A stretch of 64,000 nt of DNA. Source: Tubulanus polymorphus (lineage: Eukaryota; Animalia; Nemertea). Below are positions 49,801 through 60,270 of the stretch, piece by piece. The stretch's first letter is position 1. Each line of letters opens with the position of its first letter. The notes beneath the pieces were generated by a model that saw only the letters and a list, made by a program, of their open reading frames with translations, was not told where the DNA came from and did no database searches. The position numbers were made by a program, and so were the translations under genes. The DNA is taken from assembly GCF_964204645.1 (NCBI RefSeq), contig NC_134034.1, forward strand, positions 13,715,062 to 13,779,061. The letters are read 5' to 3'.

Positions 49801-51348
49801 TGGCTCAGGAAAACAAGACTGGAATGGAAATGGAGATAGAGGGAGACGATACCAGATCTGGACGCGTCCGTCGAACTATAAACATCGACTATCAAGAGAA
49901 TCTAAGGGAGCCTTGAAGGAGTTTATTTAAAAACGGAAGAACTGAAGGAAATGGCGGCGGAGAAATGGATATTCCATTGATTGAAATAGCGGCGGATGGA
50001 GACACTTAATAATGATTTGCTCCCAACGCTCGTTCGTCTGCCATAACACTTCCGTCTCCCTGTGTTCCTCTTCCGCCTGTCTCTGCGCGCGCGTGTTGTG
50101 TATCGATAATCAATACTGTCGAGTATCGTCGATACGACAATTTTCTAATGATTTGTCTAAATATTACCGTTATAATTAGCAGCGCTTGCGAGGGCTAACT
50201 AGCGGTGATGAGAGCGCTGGCGTCGTCGAGTGAACAGCCAACTAACATAAACTATTGCGGGATACCATTGGAAAAGGTCCTGTGTTACACAGTTATTTCA
50301 TGCCACAGCCCTGAATCACAACCATTCACAATTTGATTGCATGAATACATTTTGAAATTGTGCTGATGAAATGTCTGGGTTTGTATAATAATATATGATA
50401 ATTCATTATGTCATTTAACGCCTCACATCTAATCACGACGCTTTGAAAAGTATAAAAACGTTAAGATACAATAAGACATGTTTATTCATTATAAATTCAT
50501 TTTCGATGCTGAACAGTGTTTTCAGCAACCGGCCCCTCGTGCTCATAGTCTATTTTTAGATATATCAACGGTTCAGTAAAATCGTGGTCTCAGAGAAGTT
50601 AACGTAACACCGTAGAAATACAAAAAATCTATTTATTGAAAAGTAGCCCATCTTGATGCACCATTCGCGGAGCATATGGATTGAAAGACCAGAATTTAAC
50701 CGTGGGCGTATAAACTAGGGTACGTACGTCCATGATCCAACCGTGGACTAGAAAACAAAATGGTTTTAGCGTCCATGATTCAACATATATGTTAGACTGC
50801 ATGCCTAGGCTATTGATCACCTGTTCATTCAACACAAAGTTGTGCTAAACCGTATCACAGCAATACTGAGTGTTGAAAATGTGGCCAAAAATTGAAAATT
50901 AAGACTCAAAAACTCGGGATGACGTAGGCTCAAACATTATATGCAGACGCATGCTTAACTAAAAGCACGTGATTCATGCATCGATATCAAACGCTTTGAA
51001 GCGGTCTATTTAAGAATTGATTTTTTTTTCGAGATGTTGCACCGAGCAATGAAAGCATGAATATTTGATAAATCATTTACCCAGTGGATTATGTTATTAT
51101 GAAGTGTCTCCTGCTCTGTGTAGCTCTGCGCAGCGACTGATGAAGCTACAACAGAGCGTTAAACCGAGGCGTCAATGTTGTACCGGACTGGAACACTGAT
51201 ACTAATCTCAGTATTCAGAGTAAACGGAGTAAAAACCTACAGTAAATGACATTAAAGCGTTTATTGTCTGAAGGTTTCGAAGTTCATCTAAACTCCAACA
51301 TCATAGCAACCAGTATTTTGTTTTACGGTAGAACTGGACTCAGTCAGA

Positions 51349-51610
51349 AGCCGCGATCAAACGGAGACGATTTTGTCCGGGCCAAATTGGCACGGATCAG
51401 GCTCGAGTCAAATTTGGCCCGTGTCTAATCAGAGAGCGCGTTCACACGTAAACCATTCACTCGATACTAAACAATGCTCAAACAAAGCGAAGTGGATCAT
51501 TTCCGGTGCCAGTTGCAATTCAAACGCAATCATTTGTCTGGTGCTAAAATTTGGCTCGGGCCTGGTCGGACGTTTTTGGTCGGGCCAAAAATGCTCGTGT
51601 GATCGCGGCT
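51349..51610. mobile_element. 262-bp MITE in the Ptf1a intron
   Basis: TIRs agccgcgatcaaacg / cgtgtgatcgcggct, 3-bp direct flanks AGA, subterminal gggccaaa repeats; second copy at about 31 kb. Confidence 0.82.
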
Positions 51611-52460
51611 AGAGTCAGGTTTAAAGTCCTAGAAACTGTAGAAAGTCGATATAAAACCAGTGATGTTAAACAGTGGTCCCAGGTGCATATTAAACTCGAA
51701 CTATATTGTGAAAACAGGACGAGAGTCAAATTGAAGAACAGGATACTGAGTTCAATTGAATCCACGTAACTCAAAATTAAACGCACACTCCCGCACACAA
51801 GGAGGAAAGCGCGCCGCCAGTTCCCCTGTGTGCGGGGGAGGGGCTTATTGTGGAGTCAAACCCGCGCAAAAGTGGAACTGGATTCAGAATCCACATCCAA
51901 CGGATCCAGTGAAACCTAATTGTCATATCAGATCATGCGGAGATCCATTGAACTGCTGGAACAGGTGAACAAACATAGATTTCATTTAATCACACGCAGA
52001 ACAAAAATCTAAACCGCTCAAACAACAAAACCAGCACAGAGATCCGATCCGGTATTACTCGGTTACGTGAATCGATTCGATCATATTTTTCAAATAGCAT
52101 GAATATTGTTTAAATCGTGTCATAAATCTTAGGAAGCGTTCAGTTTTCTAATCCGGGTCTAATCGTCGTGGGTAACGTCACACGAGGTGCGTCGTGTCGG
52201 TCGGTCCGGAAACCCGATACGCGTGCACTATATTGTTCATAGGCATCTACCGACCTTGAAACTACGCCCGCTGACGCAATAAAAAACTAAGAGAGATTAC
52301 GATTGTATATTTAATTTTTCTCGAATATAACCTCGGGGCATTTGTATTTGTATTCGATTGTGAGAGAAAAAAACGGGTTCCACACGCCTGCAAATTGTTG
52401 CACTTCTTTTGTTTGAGGCTTATTAGCCGGAAAATTCAATAAGCTTTAATGAGTCTTCTG

Positions 52461-52567
52461 GGCCCAGTTTCACAAAAAGCTTTTGCTCCTAAATCGATTT
52501 AAGTTGAAATGAATTAATGATGAAATTAAATCACTTTTAAGAGTTGAACTTTTTGCGAAACTTGACC
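52461..52567. mobile_element. PIF/Harbinger-like MITE in the Ptf1a intron
   Basis: TIRs ggcccagtttcacaaaa / ttttgcgaaacttgacc, flanks CTG and CCG. Same subfamily as 21756-21863 in opposite orientation. Confidence 0.75.
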
Positions 52568-53770
52568 CCGGCTTCATGACGTGTTTAATAGAAAACAGAT
52601 ATGGAGTTTGTACACGATACACTAATGTCGAAAACTGATTAGAAAACTGAAAATAATTTCGTAAAACTCTGGACACTCAAAGCTACATACAAAAAATGAT
52701 CATAGAGACTAACGAACGTCCCAAATAAACCGAAAATTTATTAATCTTTTGTGACAGACGATGATGATTTTAAACTTAACATTTCCTTCAAGATATCTCA
52801 TCTATACAGATTCCTTACGCGAAGAACAGACACGTTTAATACCCATAGAATTTAGAAAAAATTCAATATCGAATTTAAAAATCTAACAACGATCTCTAGT
52901 GAGCGTTCGAAACGTCGTCATTTTGTGTTAATTTTTGATAGATAAAATTCGATTTTAATTTTCTGAATTCTGTATATAACGTGGGCTTCAAACTTATTTC
53001 ACCGAATGTATTTATACACACAGATACACTCGATGATATTACTATACAATACATTGTTGATACACGTCGTCGACGAATCTGATAAAATAGTAAATCGTTT
53101 TGTTATCGCGAGTACCGATAACTTTCGAATTAAACTAGCAATAATTAACTGATAAAACGCTATATGTTCGAATGATCAGATTTATTTGCGAACTCTGCTG
53201 ACGAGTTTTATTTTCATTCGACCAGGATTTTAGCAGTTAAAGCAAAGGTTGTTGATCGAAATTTGAAGGAATCGTAGGCACAAAACGTGTATTTTCAACT
53301 GGATCCTAAACATCTGGCGGACAACATTTCAAAAGGCCAGAATCATAACATATATGTCTAAAAGCATTTTGGTTTAAAGATTCGAAACTGCACTTTGAAC
53401 AATCTTTAATCTCATCTTTAAAAAAAAACTTAATCTGTGGTTAAATCGATACAATTTCTCCACCGTTCCAGTTCAGTTTAGGATGAGTTTGTCCTTTGTA
53501 AAAAGAGACGCAGTTTTATAAATGAATATATCAATGACTAGTAGAGAGATTCAGTATTCGGAGATGCGGTAAATTAATGACTTAATGATTTATTCTGATC
53601 TGTCACAGTTTCGAAGTTTTTACTAAACTTCATCATCCGTGAACATTATCATATTATTTTGGTGTCTCCGATGATGGAGTTTACAAAAACTCCGATTAAC
53701 TGTCATAGACCGGAATAAATAATCACGTGATCGACAGTAGATTTAGTTAATATGAACACGTCCAGCTTAC

Positions 53771-54239
53771 CTCTGTGATAATTAATGATGACTTTTCTCG
53801 GCTGTTCACCGCACTGATTGTTAATGTTCTCTTTAGCGTGAATGTCCGATTGAACGAGTTCGTTAAGGAAACTGATGTAACCGATCGCTAACCGAAGCGT
53901 GTCCACTTTCGACAGTCGTTTTTCGTACGGTAACGTCGGAATATGGGCACGTAATCCTTCAAACGCTTCGTTAATCGACAACATCCGTTTACGTTCTCTT
54001 AAATTTGCCGCCTGGCGTTGTTGGACCTGTTGTTGGGGACACCGGCGCCGCCGACGCCTCGTCTTACCGCCCACCGGTTGAGGGGTATCGCCCGGGTCGT
54101 GCGAGGTCGACGTTTGATAGCTGGACTCCGAGGAAGCGATCGAAGCCGTCTCGATATCCGTGCTACCTCCGTGATACTGACCAGTGCCGTAATCGTGTAA
54201 AAATTGCCGATTTACGGCGTCCAAATCCAAATTCTCCAT
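53771..54239 (-). CDS. Ptf1a: Ptf1a/Fer1 bHLH transcription factor, coding exon 1
   Basis: ATG in strong context (GCCATGG) at 54239. Encodes [51 protein letters not shown], the Ptf1a-type bHLH. Ends at KVIINYHR G|gtaagc (phase 1 donor at 53770). An in-frame upstream ATG at 54278 could add 13 aa. Confidence 0.96.
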
Positions 54240-54354
54240 GGCACCCCGATTACCGCGATAAACGGTGAGATTTTTCATAAATATAATGACGTTTTGATGA
54301 AGATGTCTTGTTTTGTGTTGCGTCAATTTAACGCGCGTTTTCTGAGCGGTGTTT

Positions 54355-54694
54355 GTTATATCCGGTGAGCCGAGCGCTCGGTCGCGTGTCGCTTTCTCGT
54401 CGTCCACCAATCAGCGCCGCTCAGACGACCGAATGGGCGTGGCTTACGAGTGGAAACCCGATCTGGATATCGTCGATTCGTTCGTAAAGTAAATAAATGC
54501 AAGTGTCGCCGTTCTCACCGGGACAGCGGTGCAGATACAAAACGGCTGGAAAACAGTAGTTAGTGAAGGAAGTATAGGTGAGATACGACAATCTGGATCC
54601 CATCGGGTGCGGTTCCCACATACTAAAAAATACGGATAGCAAGAGAGAGAGAGGGAGAGAGGGAGAGAGAGAGGGAGGGAGGGAGGGAGAGGGA
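54355..54694 (-). promoter_or_regulatory. Putative Ptf1a proximal promoter
   Basis: TATA-like TATAAC (54360-54355), CCAAT box (54407-54411), GC box GGGCGTGGC (54435-54443), Su(H)/RBPJ consensus TGTGGGAA (54620-54613) and a GA/CT-rich tract (54642-54694) in plausible order upstream of the ATG. TSS not known. Confidence 0.55.
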
Positions 54695-56496
54695 CGGCGC
54701 GACGAATAAATTCACAACTTCTTTATTATTTCATTTATACCGACAATACACGATACAATAGAGAACGTGAAAGTTTATTGGAAAATCGTATCCGCATTTT
54801 ATACCTGTCTACAACACGCGCGACACGCGTGTTGCTTCGCGATAGATTCAACAGTTTGTTGGTTAGAATGTTCTGTACTCTGTAGTGGGTTCTATTTCTT
54901 TTTTGTTACGGCTTTCACACCAGTTTTGAATAGCGGTTCATAGGTTTGAAGCCCTGGTTAAGTAGCAGTTAGTCGGTCTCGCCATGTACTCGTTTTAGTG
55001 TCCCACGGTCTCAATAATCATTCAGGGTCCACGTGTTTGAATTCTAGTGCTAGCAGTCAGTCTTTCACTAGACTTTAGTTAATCTACGGTTCGTAAAACC
55101 CGTGTGTTTAGTATTTCACGCGCTGCCCTGATAGCGGCGGTTTCTCAATTTTCTTCCTATCGACAGGAAAAATTCGTTAAGAAGTTTCACAAATTTGTCA
55201 CGATAAACCCTGACGTCTGAAGTTGACAAAAAAGGACTCGGACCCTAAAATATATTACCACAGTATGTTACCGTATAAATCTCATTTGAAAGTTATTTCT
55301 GTGAAGAAAGTTATCGGAGATGTTTTGGGAGTTACAGCCTTAAAATCTGGCCATCATTTTCACGCATTGTCACAAGATAAACGGCACGCGATTCATAACC
55401 AATAATCCAAGGCTCTGTGTGGGTTTGAATCGTAGTCACAACCGTCAACTTCAGATCAGAATCTATAACCGAGGGAGCCATAGCCGATAATTGGGCCCTA
55501 ATTATGTCGGAAAAAGAAGTTCACTTCGCTTTGTCGTCATTTTAACGCCTTGTGAGTTAAAACATCTCTTTTAAAAATGCGGAAGTATTTTTGCTCACAA
55601 TAACTCGTCACTACTCCGCCCCTTCCGTGACTTCTAAAAAACGCGGACATGCTATAGGCCTTAACAGTGTCCATATCCCAGCTGGAGCGCAGGCGAACGC
55701 TTCGATTTCGTGCCTAGAAAACCTGAATTGCGAAGGTATCTCGGACCGAGGATCACACGATTCTGCCCTGTGTTTGCCCGGTGGAATTACACGCACGCGT
55801 TTAAACCGAGCGAAAACTATAATGGTTTTAAATGGTGCCTTTAGAATGTGCGCGATAGAATATAGCGTGGAAAGCCAACGAACAGCTAATTATTCTTTTC
55901 TTCTTCACGCAATCGTGTTCTGTATGATGTTTTCTAATCGCTCCTCGGAGAATATCGCGCGCCTATCGTAAAAAAAAGAGCTTTAGCTTTTGTAGATCTG
56001 AGCTTATGGCATCGGGTGCTCCTCATCGCAAAAATGTTTGCTTTCAACATCGTCTTCTGAACTCAGTGAAACAACACAGATTAGATTTTAGGAGATACAA
56101 CCACGAGTTTATATCCGTCATTTACATAACTTTAAGAAACAAAAATGCGCAAAGAATAGATTAGTAATTGAGAAAACATATCGAAATGTAGTTTACTCGG
56201 TAATTCGAAGCCAACATTAACAAACAAATCTAGCGATAATAATTATATTACTGTAAACAGCAATAATTAGTAATTGTGGCATGTAAATATGTGTTAGGTT
56301 TGTTAACATAAAAGGTGCGAGGAAAGCTCTTTGTACATCGTTTGATTTTTGATCAAGCTGAAATACGTAAGATGTGAATACCTTTCTCCAGAGTAATTAA
56401 ACCGAAGCAGCAGTAAGCAGTATATTGGAGCATTGATAAATAGTTATAGCTTAGAGAATAACAAATGGATAGCATTAGTTTCAAATTGAACTAAAA

Positions 56497-56600
56497 TACG
56501 ATTACGATTAAGATTACGATAACGATTTATTTACACTCCAACCATTTCCATGGTATATGGAGGAAAACTATTACACATGTATATACAAATATTTACAAAA
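56497..56600 (-). mobile_element. 3' end remnant of the same LINE family
   Basis: Shares tttattt-cactccaaccat...atggta..tggagg with 21936-21973 and has a short (ACGATT)n-type tail. Confidence 0.7.
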
Positions 56601-58926
56601 CAACACTGAAGTGATTAAAATTTAGATAATGAAAACGTAAAATAAAAGAGTTAATGTCGCCCCATCTGGCGGTATAACCTGTGTTGTGGTTGTCCATTTT
56701 CATCTTTTCTTCTTAAAGCTATGTTTTTTTCTTCGACGCTTCAATCTCTTTGTTTGATATCTTCCCCGAAACCGCTCACTATAAGAGAACTTGACCACAG
56801 GTCAAAATATACGAATCCGGCGACTGAATTGCGCTATTGTCTGTTCTCAGTCGTCGAACGCGGGACGAATTAAATCAGACACTGATGCGGAAGGTCTGGT
56901 TGTAAAGTTTGGCGCGATAGTTTTTTTAATCCGTTGTTGAAGCGCGCGTGCGGATAATAAGTTAAGGGTCAGTTTTTTGGCCAGTGCGGTGACGGAAACC
57001 GCATGGTGCTGGCGTAATGATTAATACCGGCCCGGAGGGTCCAACTCTTCATCGGTCTCTGGGTCATTCTTGTTTCGTTGCTGGCGTCTGTGATCGAAAA
57101 ATAACTGGAGACCGCATTGTGCCGCAAGATCTGCTGAATTACCGGACTTAGATGCGAAACAACCGAAGTCTCTTTGGCATAAAAAATATTACGATAATGG
57201 ATCATTGATCTAGGTTTCTACCCAAGATTCCATATAATAATCGTATTTGTAATCTAGCTGAGATTGATTATAAACGCCAGTAAGTTACTTTGATTTATCT
57301 CGCTTTTGCTGGTGTGAGGCTAAATAAAATAGCGAGAAATTACTGGACAATAACCGTGTGATGATGTGTACCTGAACTAGGTTATTGTACCCTTACAGTG
57401 TGTATCATGCACTTATACTGTACCATAAAAAATGTAACATGAACTATTTGACTCCTAGGTTGACTCAATCCTCACCCTGACAAGGGTGACTTCACCCTCA
57501 CCCTGACAAGGATGACTCCATCGTCACCCAAATACCATCGAGAAAAGAATGTTGATAAGATGTTGGTGTAATCACTCAATGATTATACCTCGGAGATAAG
57601 ATAACTGCCTGCCTCTCTGATAACGTAGTGAATTAGTGAAAATACGGCCGGATTATGAACTCAGTCAGTTTAAAGGTATTTGAATATTTGAAATCGCGGG
57701 AAAGCGTTAAAACCGTTACGATGGCGCTCGTGGCGGCGGCGGCAGGTCACCGGGCCATAGGACTTAAACAACTCTCTCCATCAAAAAAAACTCCACATAA
57801 AGAACATAAAATTGCGCGCTTAAATTTCGTAATTCGGTCGCGGTTCGCATTTCGATTGTCTTTAAAGGGTCACGGTATCGAGGCAGACGTGATGCGGGCG
57901 ACACTTAAACGATCCGTAACGACGTTCGCGCCGTCTTCAGCGTTCAGCAAACCGAGTTCTTGACTCTTTTAAATTGAAATTTAAAGGTGAGCGCTACGGA
58001 ACGTTACACGCGTCGACACGCGCTCTACCGGCGCTGTAGTATGTTTGTACTAGCGACGGAGTAAACACTCCAAAAACGATCGTATATACATATATGTACA
58101 TTCAAAGCGAGCTTCTAGTCTCTATTTTCCCTATTGTCGACTGCCTACGATTTTTCATATATATGAAATGTTTTAAACGCGTGTAAAGAAAAGGAACTGT
58201 GATTTTCCTGTCGTGGGAGAATTCAACCGTCGGTTTCGATGTAACGGCGTCTCGATCCTCTCGAGTTCAAAATGACGACGAGTTTGCATTGTTACGCGCA
58301 GTGACGTATGAACCGTCGAACGTTAGAAGTGAAATAAGTATAAGTATATTATTTAGATATTACTCTGTTCTCACGCTCAACCCGTCGCGCAAACATTACT
58401 AGAAATGATCAAATTCCCGACTTGAAACAGAGGTTTTTTTGTGTATTTTCTCGTTGGAGTAATTTTTCAAGTACTTTTCATCGAGTTCATTCAACAACAA
58501 CAACGGTTTAAATTCAATCGTTTTTCTTTGTTTTTCGCGTTCGTTAAAACGTATAAGCACGTTACATACGTACATGCCTCCTAAACGGGTCGAGGTCGTG
58601 ACACTGTGATCTTGAAAAGAGGATTTCTAACAAAAGGCCGAGATGCATTTTTGCATTTATTTAAGTGTGGTTCCACCGGAGCCTACAGACGAGAAGGGGA
58701 GATGAGGACTGAGACTCTTTTCGATTTTATTTCCACGACGCGCGGAATATTCTTCTGATTTCAAGATTAACGATTTCACAGATACAGAAGAATTGGAAAC
58801 TTCTAAACGCGTCATTCGGAAGAAAAAATTAATAGAAAATAGTATGGCAAAGAAAGCAAGAACGTAGGCAATCCGGTAAATCAAAAAGTCTACGACTAAT
58901 TGAATCCATAATTGAAACCCCCAACA

Positions 58927-60270
58927 CCGCCTCGCGACCTCACTTGGTGACAGGCCGCCTCGCGACCTCACTTGGTGACAGGCCGCCTCGCGACCTCACT
59001 TGGTGACAGGCCGCCTCGCGACCTCACTTGGTGATAGGCCGCCTCGCGACCTCACTTGGTGACAGGTCGCCTCGCGACCTCGCTTGGTGACAGGCCGCCT
59101 CGCGACCTCATTTGGTGACAGGCCGCCTCGCGACCTCGCTTGGTGACAGGCCGCCTCGCGACCTCACTTGGTGACAGGTCGCCTCACGACCTCACTTGGT
59201 GACAGGCCGCCTCACGACCTCACTTGTTGACAGGCCGCCTCGCGACCTCACTTGGTGACAGGTCGCCTCACGACCTCACTTGGTGACAGGCCGCCTCACG
59301 ACCTCACTTGTTGACAGGCCGCCTCGCGACCTCATTTGGTGACAGGCCGCCTCGCGACCTCGCTTGGTGACGGACCGCCTCGCGACCTCGCTTGGTGACG
59401 GACCGCCTCGCGACCTCGCTTGGTGACAGGCCGCCTCGCGACCTCACTTGGTGACAGGCCGCCTCGCGACCTCACTTGGTGACAGGCCGCCTCGCGACCT
59501 CACTTGGTGACAGGCCGCCTCGCGACCTCACTTGGTGATAGGCCGCCTCGCGACCTCACTTGGTGACAGGTCGCCTCGCGACCTCGCTTGGTGACAGGCC
59601 GCCTCGCGACCTCATTTGGTGACAGGCCGCCTCGCGACCTCGCTTGGTGACAGGCCGCCTCGCGACCTCACTTGGTGACAGGTCGCCTCACGACCTCACT
59701 TGGTGACAGGCCGCCTCACGACCTCACTTGTTGACAGGCCGCCTCGCGACCTCACTTGGTGACAGGCCGCCTCGCGACCTCGCTTGGTGACGGACCGCCT
59801 CGCGACCTCGCTTGGTGACAGGCCGCCTCGCGACCTCACTTGGTGACAGGTCGCCTCACGACCTCACTTGGTGACAGGCCGCCTCACGACCTCACTTGTT
59901 GACAGGCCGCCTCGCGACCTCATTTGGTGACAGGCCGCCTCGCGACCTCGCTTGGTGACGGACCGCCTCGCGACCTCGCTTGGTGACGGACCGCCTCGCG
60001 ACCTCGCTTGGTGACAGGCCGCCTCGCGACCTCACTTGGTGACAGGCCGCCTCACGACCTCACTTGTTGACAGGCCGCCTCGCGACCTCATTTGGTGACA
60101 GGCCGCCTCGCGACCTCGCTTGGTGACGGACCGCCTCGCGACCTCGCTTGGTGACAGGCCGCCTCGCGACCTCACTTGGTGACAGGCCGCCTCGCGACCT
60201 CACTTGGTGACAGACCGCCTCGCGACCTCACTTGTTGACAGGCCGCCTCGCGACCTCACATGATGACAGG
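58927..60270. repeat. 28-bp GC-rich minisatellite, 48 copies
   Basis: Unit ccgcctcgcgacctcacttggtgacagg, period 28 (58927, 58955 and onward). Confidence 0.97.

Noticed and set aside
49244-49930. PASQ/LAGW and ER-rich ORFs
   Set aside because: Simple repeats inside the Ptf1a intron.
53703-54410. The 235-aa single ORF as the full Ptf1a protein
   Set aside because: It starts at a non-ATG codon in the promoter region and reads through a consensus donor; the conserved C-terminus is in the exon at 47313-47123.
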